Source: an uncultured Bacteroidales bacterium | Lineage (GTDB): Bacteria > Bacteroidota > Bacteroidia > Bacteroidales > ML635J-15 | Length of the DNA stretch: 64,000 bases | Reading direction: 5' to 3' | Assembly: GCA_937982115.1 (NCBI GenBank) | Contig: CALJNE010000019.1 | Location: forward strand, 20,084-84,083 | Shown: one piece after another, positions 9,576 through 19,872 of the stretch | How positions within the stretch are numbered: position 1 is the first letter of the stretch | Layout: every line of letters starts with the position of its first letter | Notes under the pieces: model-generated | What the model was told of the DNA's origin: nothing | Databases searched by the model: none | Seen by the model: only the letters and a program-made list of their open reading frames with translations | Program-made: the position numbers and the translations under genes

Positions 9576-11024
9576 ATGCGTACCAAATTGTTTTTCATTT
9601 GTATCTCGATTCTTGTCACTTCAATCTTTAATCCGCTTTTTCCGCACAAAAGAGCTCTATACAATGTAATAATTGATACCGACGGTGGATTGGATGATTT
9701 CCGTGCTGTAACTTTGTTTTTGGCAAGCAGAGATTTCAATATTAATGCTATTACAAGCGTTGATGGAGTTCTCGAACCTTTTCAAACCTCATATTATTTT
9801 GAATTTCTACTTAAAGAATATCATCACGAGGGAATTCCTATTGGCAAAGGTCAAAACTTTAAAGCATCGAAAAAATATAGAGATCATGCTTTACCTATCT
9901 GGGAAAAGGTTTTCGGAAAAGATGAAGACAAAAAGTTTTTCGATGCGGTTGAACTTATGAATTTTACCCTTTCAAACTCTAAGCGACCAAATATAATAAT
10001 TGCTCTGGGTCCACTTTCAAATATCGAAGAATTAATAAAAAAATATCCCCAATCAGCACAAAAGATTGAAATGATACTCTGGTATGCCAACTATGAAGAC
10101 AACAAAGTTTCGGGATATAACTACGAAGAAAATCGTAAGGCTTTTGAATTTTTGTTGAATAATCATGCTCCTATTAAAATGATTCACAGTTCGAATTATC
10201 AGTATGATGAAAATTTTCTGGAAATATGTTCAGAGATTTCCTCGCCTTACGCAAATATGTTTGTAAAGTTTTTCGGAGACTCAAAATATACCTTGAACTA
10301 TTGGGACGAGTTAACAGCTTTATATTTATTATATCCTTCAGTTTTTGACGAGAAAATATCGCCTAATCATCTGAGAGATGTAAAACCAAAGCCCGGAAAC
10401 TTTCTTGATGTCCTTGTTACCACCATTCTAAACTCCGACAAGCCCGACCAGGGAGTTGTTTTCAATGAAATTCCAACATCCGGCCCGATGATTGCTAATG
10501 ATATAAATGTTTTTGCGGAACAAATTCTTAAGGCTCATGGTTATGCAGAATTTAAAATTGTTGCTCTCACCTCCGAAATTCACTCTCACATGGGAATTTA
10601 CTCGATTCTGGGAGCAAAAACAGGACTCAGAATTATGGAATACCTTCACATTGGACTCGATGAAATAGAAATAATTTCTTTAGCAGGATTCAGACCTCCG
10701 GTGAGCTGTTTTAATGACGGATTACAGGTTGGTACTGGCTCTACTTTAGGTTATGGAACAATTTTCATTGACACTGTTGAAGAATATTTTCCCTCGGCTA
10801 TTGTAAAATACAAAGGGCGTACTATTAAATTCTCAATAAAACAAGAAATTGCTCAAAACATAAGAAAAGATGTGGGAGAACTTATTTCTAAATATGGATT
10901 GGAATCTGAACTGTATTGGAAAAATCTCCGACAAATTTCTATCGAAAAATACTGGCTGGGCGTAAATCGTTATGAAATGCTTGATATCGAAGACCTTACA
11001 AATTGGAATATCTCTAAAAGATAA
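9576..11024 (+). CDS. exported fusion protein: inosine-uridine-preferring nucleoside hydrolase-like domain plus FmdE-like domain
   Basis: Signal peptide. NVIIDTDGGLDDFRAVTLFL matches the IUNH DxDxxxDD motif. The C-terminal HSHMGIYSILGAKTG...SCFNDGLQVGTGSTLGYGTI matches the FmdE pattern (HGH..G...C..D..Q..TG.T.G.G). Confidence 0.6.
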   Translation: MRTKLFFICISILVTSIFNPLFPHKRALYNVIIDTDGGLDDFRAVTLFLASRDFNINAITSVDGVLEPFQTSYYFEFLLKEYHHEGIPIGKGQNFKASKKYRDHALPIWEKVFGKDEDKKFFDAVELMNFTLSNSKRPNIIIALGPLSNIEELIKKYPQSAQKIEMILWYANYEDNKVSGYNYEENRKAFEFLLNNHAPIKMIHSSNYQYDENFLEICSEISSPYANMFVKFFGDSKYTLNYWDELTALYLLYPSVFDEKISPNHLRDVKPKPGNFLDVLVTTILNSDKPDQGVVFNEIPTSGPMIANDINVFAEQILKAHGYAEFKIVALTSEIHSHMGIYSILGAKTGLRIMEYLHIGLDEIEIISLAGFRPPVSCFNDGLQVGTGSTLGYGTIFIDTVEEYFPSAIVKYKGRTIKFSIKQEIAQNIRKDVGELISKYGLESELYWKNLRQISIEKYWLGVNRYEMLDIEDLTNWNISKR

Positions 11025-12941
11025 TTATTTTATTACTGTAAGTTTTTTAGTTACAACAGAATTGCCGAAATATACTTTTACAAAATAAATTCCCTGCTCT
11101 AAATCTGATATATTAATTGTATTGAATTCTGATGTTTCGCGTTTGGCAATTTGTCCATTCCCGTTGTATATTTCAACTGTATTTGCATCCTCATCAGAAA
11201 ATTTTAAATTCAAAATTTCGTTAGCCGGATTAGGATATATAAGCAACTTATTCCTGTTGGTTACAAACAAATCAGTATTTTGAGCAACTGTAAAATCAGC
11301 CAAAATAGCATTTCGCGGATTTGGAATTACATCAACAACATTTTTACTTAACGGAATAACATAATTCATTAAATTATTGTCAACCGGTTTACGTATTACT
11401 TCAAAGCTATTATCCTCATAAACAATTTTGAAATCAATTGGAATGGTGAATAGTGGCGTTACCTCAGCCGTTGTTGATTGGCTCATGTTGATAAAAAGAG
11501 AATTTCCGCCCTGCCCCCAGTTAACTTGATAAAGAGGATAGCCTTCGCCATAATACCATTGAGTAAAAAAGTCGTTAAAATCAATGCCCGTATAATTTTG
11601 AAGTACATTTTTTAGATCTTCGCCTGTAGCATTACTGTTGGCGTAAATCTGTAAAAATTCTCTCAAAGCACCGAAAAAAACATCATCATCGTTTATAATG
11701 TATCGAATCATGTGAACCAGACAAGCCCCTTTTCTATAGGTAAGACGATAATCAAATATTCTGCCTACATCATTTAAACTCGAAAACGGTACATATACTG
11801 ACCCCTGAGGTCTTTGTTTTGCAAGGTTTTGACATTCTTCAAGCCAACCATCTTCGTATCCTTCAGGTTGAATAAACTCCTCGCCAAGGTATTCACCATA
11901 ACTTGCAAAGCCTTCGTTTATCCATATATCCTGCCAATTGGCACATGTAACAAAATCACCAAACCACGAATGAGACAATTCATGAATAACTAACCGAAAA
12001 TCAAAATTTCCAAGTGTTGTCATGGTTTGATGTTCCATTCCACCATTCAGCGGAACGATACAATGACCGTACTTTTCAGCAGCGTGAGGATATAAACCCC
12101 ATTTTTCGCTTAACATAATCAACATTTCAGATGTACGGTTAATATTCCATTGATTACTACTTAAGTATTGACTATTATCTGGTATATAATTCTGAACAAA
12201 AATATTCGTATCATAAGATGGGACATATACATTAAAAGAATAATCCTGATACTTGCCTACGGCAACAGAAATTAGATAATATGCAATCGGATACGAAGAC
12301 TCCCATTCCATTCGTTTCAATCCTCCTCCAATATTATATTCTGCTTTTAGCAACCCGTTTGACCCAACTTTTAAATTTTGAGGCAAAGTAACATAAACAT
12401 ACGAAGAATCAGCTTTATCAGAAACAACCTGTTTACAAGGAAACCAATATTTGGCACTATATGGTTCTGTAAGAGAGTAAACAAATTCGTAAATGCCAAC
12501 ACTATACCAGTTCATTCGATAAAATAATCCGTCAGATGGAGTTCCATGATAGAATATTTGTGCAACAACATTATAATCATCGTTAAAATTATCTTGATGA
12601 GTATAATCAATCACTATTAAATCATTGGCATGATTAAAGCTAACTATATTATTATTGATTTTTACTGAATCAACTGTCATATCGTTTTTAAAATCAAATA
12701 CCAGTTGATTGGAATATTCGGGTAGCAAATTCAAATAAATTTTTGTATTTCCGCTAATGTTTAAAGAATTATTTGTCAGATTGATATCGAGCCAATAAAA
12801 CCCAACATCATAATGAAAAAGACGTGGATCGTTTTCATGAGCTCCAACTCTGTTTTTATTGTCTCTTAGGTCTTTATTGTCCTGACCAAAAATAAAAGCT
12901 GCAGATAAAATGAGCAAACAAAATATTAAATTTTTCATCAA
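11025..12941 (-). CDS. M1-family zinc metallopeptidase (aminopeptidase N-like) with T9SS C-terminal sorting domain
   Basis: HELSHSWFGD (HExxH) and WINEGFASY (downstream Glu). Signal peptide. C-terminus LIYPNPANEILNLKF...GIYFVKVY...KLTVIK. Confidence 0.85.
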   Translation of the reverse strand: MMKNLIFCLLILSAAFIFGQDNKDLRDNKNRVGAHENDPRLFHYDVGFYWLDINLTNNSLNISGNTKIYLNLLPEYSNQLVFDFKNDMTVDSVKINNNIVSFNHANDLIVIDYTHQDNFNDDYNVVAQIFYHGTPSDGLFYRMNWYSVGIYEFVYSLTEPYSAKYWFPCKQVVSDKADSSYVYVTLPQNLKVGSNGLLKAEYNIGGGLKRMEWESSYPIAYYLISVAVGKYQDYSFNVYVPSYDTNIFVQNYIPDNSQYLSSNQWNINRTSEMLIMLSEKWGLYPHAAEKYGHCIVPLNGGMEHQTMTTLGNFDFRLVIHELSHSWFGDFVTCANWQDIWINEGFASYGEYLGEEFIQPEGYEDGWLEECQNLAKQRPQGSVYVPFSSLNDVGRIFDYRLTYRKGACLVHMIRYIINDDDVFFGALREFLQIYANSNATGEDLKNVLQNYTGIDFNDFFTQWYYGEGYPLYQVNWGQGGNSLFINMSQSTTAEVTPLFTIPIDFKIVYEDNSFEVIRKPVDNNLMNYVIPLSKNVVDVIPNPRNAILADFTVAQNTDLFVTNRNKLLIYPNPANEILNLKFSDEDANTVEIYNGNGQIAKRETSEFNTINISDLEQGIYFVKVYFGNSVVTKKLTVIK

Positions 12942-12948
12942 ATAAATA

Positions 12949-13641
12949 TTATTCTATTAATCCTTTTGCATCCATCCATTTAATGGCATCACGTTTAGTT
13001 GTTGGATCTAAGGTATTATCAATAATAAACCTTAGCACCCATTTGTGATCTATCTTTGAATAATCCCTCAATGCCCATGCTATTGCTTCCTGGATTATCT
13101 CATCGTCAGTACCGGCATTATCAAGAATATACTTTGAGAATAACTCCATGTTTATTTTTTCTTTGTAAGGCAGCTGGAAAATTATTATTGCACGCTTCAG
13201 CCAGATGCTCTTGCTACTGTTCCATGATTCTGTAATGGGCTTCATCAAATTAGGATACCTTTCGAAAAATTCTGATACTATTTGCAAAGCAATATAATCT
13301 ACAGTATCAGTATATGGCTTATTCAATATCAAACCTTCGATAAAAACAATATCTGTAGGACTCCACCTTTTTCTATGTTTCAAAAAAAGTTCAAGCCCAA
13401 AATAATGAAATTCTCTCTCGGTTAAATTAAAAAGTTCTCTTATTATCGGCTTTGAATCATCATAGCTCGGAATTGGAAAAGTATTAAAAAATATTTTAAA
13501 CAATTCCTTTCTCTTTACAGTTGTTATACCAAGAAAAGAATACTTATCCTTCAATAATCTCTTCATTCGTTTGGCTTCTTCCTCATCTGAATATTTCAAA
13601 AAAAACGATTGTACTTTCTTTACATAATCTGACACTAACAT
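12949..13641 (-). CDS. DNA alkylation repair protein (AlkD-like HEAT-repeat family)
   Basis: 230 aa. The N-terminal YVKKVQSFFLKYSDEEEAKRMKRLLKDKYSFLGITTVKRKELFK and C-terminal AIAWALRDYSK fit the PF08713 pattern as I recall it. Confidence 0.6.
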   Translation of the reverse strand: MLVSDYVKKVQSFFLKYSDEEEAKRMKRLLKDKYSFLGITTVKRKELFKIFFNTFPIPSYDDSKPIIRELFNLTEREFHYFGLELFLKHRKRWSPTDIVFIEGLILNKPYTDTVDYIALQIVSEFFERYPNLMKPITESWNSSKSIWLKRAIIIFQLPYKEKINMELFSKYILDNAGTDDEIIQEAIAWALRDYSKIDHKWVLRFIIDNTLDPTTKRDAIKWMDAKGLIE

Positions 13642-13850
13642 AATCTCTCTATTTTTGTTTCTACAAAATTAAAATTCAACATCTATTAAACAAACTTTCA
13701 ATGCAAATATTTTGTTAAAATCTATTTATTTATAATACAGCTTGAGTTTTTTCAACATTATTACATTTTTGCTCTACCAAAATATTGAGAATATAATCTG
13801 TTACAACAAGTAAAATTACTAAAACTATTCTTAAAAAAAAGTCAGATAAT

Positions 13851-16800
13851 TTATAATTTAACAATTTTAAATTTCTTATAATCTATAAAGATATAATAAA
13901 TTCCCGGCACTAATTCAGATAAATCTATTCTGCATTTTTCATTTTGAGATGCACCGCTTATGATTATTCTTCCGTGAATATCAATTATCCTGTAATTGAA
14001 TAAATCCTCTGTTGCATCAATATTTACAAAATCTTTTGCCGGATTTGGATAAATGTTCAAATTATTATTAACAAACGAATGCAAGGCGGTATTTAATAAA
14101 ACGTTAATATATACAACCGCTTCAGCATTGTGATAATTTGTTTCATCTTGTGGATAAAAGTATGCTTTCAATTCCTGATTATCACCTATAGGCAGTATGG
14201 TTCCAAAATCCGGATCGTAAACAAAACTTCCCGGAATATTAGCCGTTGCATTTAATTGTAACTCCGACAATGCCGTTCCATAATATATATCTTGCGGATT
14301 CTCCCATAAAATTTGAGGATCTGCTTTGCGTATTTCAAAATTTGCCGGATGATAATTTATTTCATAGTTTTCATTCAACTGCAAAGTCCCCTGTAAAATC
14401 TGATAAAATCCGGCATTTTCGCCCGGTTCTCGAGAAAGTTCTCCTTCAAAACTGTCATCAAACGAAAGCACCGGACTAAAACTGTATTCAAAATATTCAG
14501 GATCGTCTTCTCCATAGATTTTATATTGATTTTCCGAACAATAAACATTTATTTCCTTTTTAAAGATTTCAAAATCCGCAGGAGTGTATGAGATTATATA
14601 ATTTGAATTTAAGACCAAATTTCCCTGTTGGATTTGGTATGTTCCAACATTTTCCCCCGGTACACGTTGGAGTTTACCCGAAAAACTATCCCAGCTTGCA
14701 ATTTGTGGTGTTACAGAAAAAGCAAATTCATCAGGATCGGACTCTCCATATATTTTACTCTGACCCGATAAAGCTGTAATACTTGTTTGTCGGTGTAAAA
14801 TTTCAAAACTACCCGTAATCAAATAGATATTATAATTTGAATTTATCGCGAGTGTTCCGATTGTAATTGAGTAAGTGCCAACATTCTCCCCGCTTTCTCG
14901 TTGCAAACTTCCGGTAATATTATCCGAAGCCAGTATTTCTCCTGTATAAATGTAAGTGAGTACAGGATCGGGATCACCGTAAATCTTCTGCAATCCACTG
15001 TTTGGAATAACTGTTATCTGACGATGATAAACAGTAAAGTTCTCTGGTTGCAGGATCAATAAATAATTAGAATTTACAGTTAAAGTACCAAGATTTATTG
15101 GATAAACTCCAACATCTTCTCCCCATGTTCTGGCAAGATTCCCCGAAAAACTGTCTCCTCCAACTAATCCGCCGGTAAAAGTATAAGTTAACACAGGATC
15201 TGTTTCACCATAAACTTTTCCTTGATTCGGATCGGGAATTACAAGTAAATTTCTTTTAGTGATAGTAAAGTTTTGAGGATTAAAAACAATCTGATAATTT
15301 GAGTTTAATGCCAGAGTTCCCTGGTTTATAGGATAACTTCCTATACTTTCTCCCGCAGTTCTGGATAATTGACCCGCAAAGCTATCCCATGGTGCTATTG
15401 GTATATTTGTCGTGAATTCGAATACCGGATCAGGATCTCCATATTGTTTTGATTGACCCGGAGTTACATTAATGGCAATGTATCTTTTTTTAATTTCAAA
15501 GTTATTTGAATTTAAACTCAAGTTATAATTCGGACCGGCAGTAAGAGTCCCCATATTAATTTGATAAAATCCTACATTTTCGCCCGGTTCTCTTCCCAAT
15601 TGACCCACAAAACTATCGCCCGGCTCAAGTGCTCCCATAAGCCAATACATAAAAACGGGATCTTCGTCTCCATAAGTTTTATTTTGCCCGGGATATACAA
15701 CAACAGTTAATGATTTAGGATTAATCGTAAACAATGCGGAATTGAATGTGATTTCATAATTAGGTCCTAAAGTTAATGTTCCTATTGTGATTGGATAGGT
15801 TCCAACATTTTCGCCCGGTTCTCTGCTCAAAGATCCGGTAAAACCATCTCCCATATATATAGACCCTGTAAATGTATATCCAAATGTTGGATCCGGCATG
15901 CCATAGGTTTTCTGTATCCCAGAATTTGCTGTTACTGTAATTTGACGAGGTAATATTTCAAATAGTTGTGAATTAAAAACAATTTGATAATTCGGCCCAA
16001 GGCTTAGTGTCCCCTGTAAAATATTATAATACCCTGCATTTTCGCCCGGTTCTCGTGTCAGACTTCCGGTGAAATTATCAGACCCTATAAGCTGTCCCAA
16101 ATATGTATATGTAAGCACAGGATCTGCATAACGGTATATTTTACTTTGATTAGGATTTACATTTACTGTTATTTGTCTTGGAAGAATTGTGAAAACTTTA
16201 GGTTGAAGTATAAGCTGATAATTGTTACCAGCCGTTAGAGTTCCAATGTTAATATTATAATTGCCTACATTTTCTCCTAATTCTCGTTGCAAAGCTCCTG
16301 AAAAACTATCTCCCAGTATAAGTCCGGGGGAATTTGTAAAAGACAATAAAGGATCACTCTCTCCATAGATTTTGCTGAGAGCAAGCGGAGTAATTGTTAT
16401 TTCTTTTTTATTTACAGTTAGAGTTCTTGCAACTTGTGGAGCGGCATCATAAAATTCATTCCCGGGTTGATTCGCATAAATTTCACAGATGCCTGCAGAG
16501 TGAATAGTAATTATTGTACCATTAGGTCCGCTACAGGAGGCAATTGCAGGATTTGAACTGCTGAAAATTACCGGCAACCCAGAACTGACAATTGCCGACA
16601 CCCCAAAAGGTTCATCTCCATAAGTTTTAACGGGAATTTCCTCAAAATTTGTTATTACCTGAGGAATCTTATTCCCTATTCCAATTAAGTTTATAATGTA
16701 ATTTTTATTTTCCGGATCATTATTGAGAATGGAGATTTGAGCATTTTTCTCTCCTGGAGTAACAGGATTAAAAGAAATACTGAAAGAAGTATAATTTCCC

Positions 16801-18368
16801 GGTGATACAGGCGAGTTTACTCCGGTTTGATTCAAATAAAATTCTGCTGCATCCGGGCCGCTGATTGTAATTTTTGGATTTGATTTAAGGATTAAATTCG
16901 TTGCTCCGTTATTTTCGATGTGAAATTCGTAATTTTCCGAACTTTCACCAAATAATACACCTCCGAAATCAAAAGTTCCGCCATTGCTGATTACATTACT
17001 TTGATTCACAACAGCAATATCCGGAGAATTAAAATAGATATATGCCGACCCCGCTCTCGACATCTGATTTGCTCCATTTTCATCGTGGGCTTCCTGATAG
17101 GCTCCGCAAATTAAGTAGTTCCCATATATTCCAACAGAATAAGCAAAATAATCCTGTGCTTCTCTGTCTGAATTGATTATTTTTTGTTTGTATTCCCAAT
17201 TTCCTGAATTTTCTTTAAAAACATATGCTGCTCCGGCATTATAATAATCAATTCCGGAATTATAATCATCATATTCTTGCAAATATGCCCCCACTACCAT
17301 AACTCCATCAGAAATTGATACCGAAAAGCCGAATCTGTCGCCTGCTGCTCTATCCGGATTTGGAGCTATAATTTTTTGTTGCTGAGTCCAGGTCCCGAAG
17401 TTGTTTTTAAAAATATAAGCTGCTCCTGCCTCGAATTTAAAATCTCCACCTGTCAAATTATAACTGTGGGCATAAGCCCCTGCAATAATATAATCTCCAC
17501 TTATTGCCACAGAGCATCCCAATAAATCATTTTCCTGCCTGTCCGAAGCTGTCAACTTTGCAACAAGATTCCAGGCATCACTGTTATTCTTATAAACAAA
17601 CGCTGCTCCGGAATTATTTACAAAAACACTCCCCGATGCATCGTAATCATGAAAATATGAACCTACAACAATATATTCTCCATCAACGGCTACGGCATTG
17701 CCGAAATATTCATTCACACTTCGGTTGGTTGAAAAAACCTTTTTTACCTGTGTCCAATTTCCGGCATTATTCTTAAAAATATATGCTGCACCTGCATCTT
17801 GAATGATATCAATATCATCATCGTCAAAATCCTGATAAACCGCACCCACAGCAATATAATTACCATCAGTAGCTACCGAATAACCAAATTGGTCTTGTGC
17901 TTGCCTGTCGTTTGCAACAATTTTCTGCTGAAATGTCCAATTCCCTGAAATATTTTTAAAAACATAAACTGCTCCGGCATTTATCTTTGCATTAAGCTCA
18001 TTTGAATCATAAGCATTTTTAGTTGACCCAACAACAATGTAGTCTCCTTTAATACTAACAGAATAACCGAAATTATCCTGAGAACGTCTGAAATTTGATA
18101 CTAATTTTTGATAAAAAACCCATTCTCCGTCAATAAACTTATAGACGTAAGCTGCCCCTGCATTAAGCAAATAGTTTTGTCCGTTTTGGTCATAATCCTG
18201 AAATGGGACTCCTACAACAGCGAAATCTCCATCTATTGCTACACTCCATCCAAGATAGTCGTCAATATGACGGTCAAAAGCAACTGCTTTTTTTGTTTCT
18301 TTCCAAAATTGCGAAAATGCAACAGAACAAATTAATGCTAAGGCTAAAACTAATACAGATTTTTTCAT
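13851..18368 (-). CDS. giant T9SS-secreted surface protein: seven FG-GAP-like propeller blades, Ig-like domains, nine MBG repeats, T9SS CTD
   Basis: Signal peptide. Seven repeats of FGYSV.I.GDY.VVG...AGAAYVFK. Nine repeats of ..K.YG..DP...Y.....L..GD.F.G.L.RE.GENVG.Y.I..GTL....NY.I. C-terminus IYPNPAKDFVNIDA...GIYYIFIDY. Confidence 0.85.
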   Translation of the reverse strand: MKKSVLVLALALICSVAFSQFWKETKKAVAFDRHIDDYLGWSVAIDGDFAVVGVPFQDYDQNGQNYLLNAGAAYVYKFIDGEWVFYQKLVSNFRRSQDNFGYSVSIKGDYIVVGSTKNAYDSNELNAKINAGAVYVFKNISGNWTFQQKIVANDRQAQDQFGYSVATDGNYIAVGAVYQDFDDDDIDIIQDAGAAYIFKNNAGNWTQVKKVFSTNRSVNEYFGNAVAVDGEYIVVGSYFHDYDASGSVFVNNSGAAFVYKNNSDAWNLVAKLTASDRQENDLLGCSVAISGDYIIAGAYAHSYNLTGGDFKFEAGAAYIFKNNFGTWTQQQKIIAPNPDRAAGDRFGFSVSISDGVMVVGAYLQEYDDYNSGIDYYNAGAAYVFKENSGNWEYKQKIINSDREAQDYFAYSVGIYGNYLICGAYQEAHDENGANQMSRAGSAYIYFNSPDIAVVNQSNVISNGGTFDFGGVLFGESSENYEFHIENNGATNLILKSNPKITISGPDAAEFYLNQTGVNSPVSPGNYTSFSISFNPVTPGEKNAQISILNNDPENKNYIINLIGIGNKIPQVITNFEEIPVKTYGDEPFGVSAIVSSGLPVIFSSSNPAIASCSGPNGTIITIHSAGICEIYANQPGNEFYDAAPQVARTLTVNKKEITITPLALSKIYGESDPLLSFTNSPGLILGDSFSGALQRELGENVGNYNINIGTLTAGNNYQLILQPKVFTILPRQITVNVNPNQSKIYRYADPVLTYTYLGQLIGSDNFTGSLTREPGENAGYYNILQGTLSLGPNYQIVFNSQLFEILPRQITVTANSGIQKTYGMPDPTFGYTFTGSIYMGDGFTGSLSREPGENVGTYPITIGTLTLGPNYEITFNSALFTINPKSLTVVVYPGQNKTYGDEDPVFMYWLMGALEPGDSFVGQLGREPGENVGFYQINMGTLTAGPNYNLSLNSNNFEIKKRYIAINVTPGQSKQYGDPDPVFEFTTNIPIAPWDSFAGQLSRTAGESIGSYPINQGTLALNSNYQIVFNPQNFTITKRNLLVIPDPNQGKVYGETDPVLTYTFTGGLVGGDSFSGNLARTWGEDVGVYPINLGTLTVNSNYLLILQPENFTVYHRQITVIPNSGLQKIYGDPDPVLTYIYTGEILASDNITGSLQRESGENVGTYSITIGTLAINSNYNIYLITGSFEILHRQTSITALSGQSKIYGESDPDEFAFSVTPQIASWDSFSGKLQRVPGENVGTYQIQQGNLVLNSNYIISYTPADFEIFKKEINVYCSENQYKIYGEDDPEYFEYSFSPVLSFDDSFEGELSREPGENAGFYQILQGTLQLNENYEINYHPANFEIRKADPQILWENPQDIYYGTALSELQLNATANIPGSFVYDPDFGTILPIGDNQELKAYFYPQDETNYHNAEAVVYINVLLNTALHSFVNNNLNIYPNPAKDFVNIDATEDLFNYRIIDIHGRIIISGASQNEKCRIDLSELVPGIYYIFIDYKKFKIVKL
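14330..16420 (-). repeat. nine tandem ~77-aa (231-nt) MBG-type coding repeats inside 13851..18368
   Basis: Repeat boundaries (R/K)(Q/E)IT(V/I)... to ...F(E/T)I(L/F)(P/H/K) were read in the translation. Confidence 0.8.
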
Positions 18369-18430
18369 GACTTAGAATTTTACTCTCCAAATTTATGTAA
18401 AGATAAAAAATGTTTTGTTATGAGATAAAA

Positions 18431-19138
18431 TTATTTTATCAAATCATATAGTCTGTAAGAATCCAGAATTTCAATTTCTTTTGCTCTGGCATTAATTATA
18501 CCCTCATTGTGCAACTCACGTACTGCTCTTGCCAGAGAAGGACGAGTTACGCCGAACAACTCCGCAAGTTTATCTTGAGTGATTGGCAATCTTACAATGT
18601 TTGTATTTTTATTTTTAATAAGATTTAAAATATAATAAGCAAATTTTGCCTTAATATCGTGAAAAGAAAGAAATTTTATCTTTTGTGAAAGGAATTGTGC
18701 CCGCGAAGACAACTCGTTCATGAAATTAATCATTAGTTTTTCGCTTTTGAACATCATCTTCACAAACTCATTTTTTGGAATTTTTATTATTTTGACATCC
18801 GTTGCAGCTATTATTGTAACAGGATATTTTGAATTCTTCCCGAACAAAAAGGCAGGAGCAAGCATTCGTACGCTTTCTATTTCTTCAATGGTAATTACTT
18901 TGCCGTTAAAATTCGTCATTTCGCCGCGAGCTGTACCTATAATTATTATCTTCAATGAATTTACCTCATCATCCTGATAAGCTAAAATTTCACCTTTCGA
19001 GTAAGATTTAAGGTTATAGAAAATTCCTTTAAAAACATCTTCAATTTCTTCAGCATCCCGAAAATTATTAAAGATATTACATTTTTGAAGTAATTCAAAC
19101 ATATTCATTTCAAATAAATTAAACGTAGTTTTTAGCAA
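18431..19138 (-). CDS. hcpR: Crp/Fnr-family transcriptional regulator, HcpR-like by context
   Basis: cNMP-binding-like beta-roll region and a C-terminal HTH (LAELFGVTRPSLARAVRELHNEGII). It is divergent from the hcp operon. Confidence 0.7.
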   Translation of the reverse strand: MLKTTFNLFEMNMFELLQKCNIFNNFRDAEEIEDVFKGIFYNLKSYSKGEILAYQDDEVNSLKIIIIGTARGEMTNFNGKVITIEEIESVRMLAPAFLFGKNSKYPVTIIAATDVKIIKIPKNEFVKMMFKSEKLMINFMNELSSRAQFLSQKIKFLSFHDIKAKFAYYILNLIKNKNTNIVRLPITQDKLAELFGVTRPSLARAVRELHNEGIINARAKEIEILDSYRLYDLIK

Positions 19139-19256
19139 AATAAAAAAAATTTTCTAAGACTATAAAGTTTTTATCAATGGATTATTGGAAGGATTTAGCA
19201 ACCTGAAAAATTTTAAAGATTAACGCATAACGACAACATTAAACAATTTGGATGTA

Positions 19257-19637
19257 ATGAATGAATGCTTAGTGCGTGAGTTCGGCTTCGCTAATCACGG
19301 TGGTTTGGTTACCGCTCAACCATCTTTATAATCGGACTTCAGGAAAATATTGTATTACAAATGTGATGTTTGCTTACACAGAACAAAGTCCACTAAATTA
19401 TCGCAGATAATTTGTGAGGTGCACAAGGAGTTTCTGTCGCCTTCTGAATTTTTTCGTCAGAAATCTTAAAGCAGGGCAAGGTCTGAAGCAAAAAAAGGTA
19501 GAAGGAAAAAGAGGAAAGGGGAACGTCACAAGGTACAAGTAAATACCACTAAAGGAACAACTTTCTTTAAACCTAACAGAAAAACTACTCAAACTTTATC
19601 GAACATCTTAATTAATAACAACATGCAACACAATTAG
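19257..19637 (+). pseudogene. decayed N-terminal fragment of an IS1595-like transposase gene (copy A), visibly richer in G+C than its surroundings
   Basis: One frame is open for 127 codons apart from two TAA stops (19329, 19467): MNECLVREFGFANHGGLVTAQPSL*SDFRKILYYKCDVCLHRTKSTKLSQIICEVHKEFLSPSEFFRQKS*SRARSEAKKGRRKKRKGERHK... YKCDVCLHRT and HKEFLSPSEFF align with YRCKVCRRT and KEKFLSLFDMF of the 7059..8048 product. Confidence 0.4.
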
Positions 19638-19827
19638 ATTACTTATCTTGTTAATACACCACACTAAAAATGCTAAATTTTTGGAGGTTAAAAAATATCT
19701 TTACATATTACGTATTGTTTTCGTAGCTACAGCTTGAATATCCCCAAAAAGTAAAACTATCTGTAAATCAACCATTTAAAAACAATCTTAAAAAATCTTG
19801 TTGTATTACGATACTTTTTTATAATTT

Positions 19828-19843
19828 TGTAACATACGATACA
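19828..19843. promoter_or_regulatory. candidate Crp/Fnr-type (HcpR) operator, TGTAAC-N4-GATACA
   Basis: 16-bp dyad with 6 of 8 positions symmetric. Its centre lies about 42 bp upstream of the transcription start predicted from the TAACTTTG box at 19865. Related strings are GTATTACGATAC (19803-19814) and ACATATTACGTATTGT (19703-19718). Confidence 0.35.
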
Positions 19844-19864
19844 TTTTGGGGATTAAGAAAGCCA

Positions 19865-19872
19865 TAACTTTG
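19865..19872 (+). promoter_or_regulatory. candidate -7 promoter box TAACTTTG for the Fe-S/hcp operon
   Basis: Matches TAnnTTTG and lies 25 nt upstream of the ATG at 19897. A TTTG at 19845-19848 could serve as the -33 element. Confidence 0.35.

Noticed and set aside
11022-11027. Zero-gap convergent gene ends (9576..11024 plus strand and 11025..12941 minus strand) with no terminator
   Set aside because: This is tight packing only. No hairpin or other signal is evident, so it is not informative.
19398-19592. 64-aa minus-strand ORF in the hcpR-hcp intergenic region
   Set aside because: The sequence is low-complexity Phe/Pro/Ser-rich. It lies antisense to the frame that shows similarity to IS1595-type N-termini. 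It is more likely a shadow ORF of the decayed fragment.
19272-19600. GC-richer block as a group II intron 5' end (it begins GTGCG) or another structured RNA such as RNase P, tmRNA or 6S
   Set aside because: No domain V/VI-like sequence, no tmRNA tag or tRNA-like end, and no RNase P conserved GAGGAAAGUCC-type string was found. A single long reading frame with IS1595-like similarity explains it better, although an RNA role for the conserved hairpin is not fully excluded.
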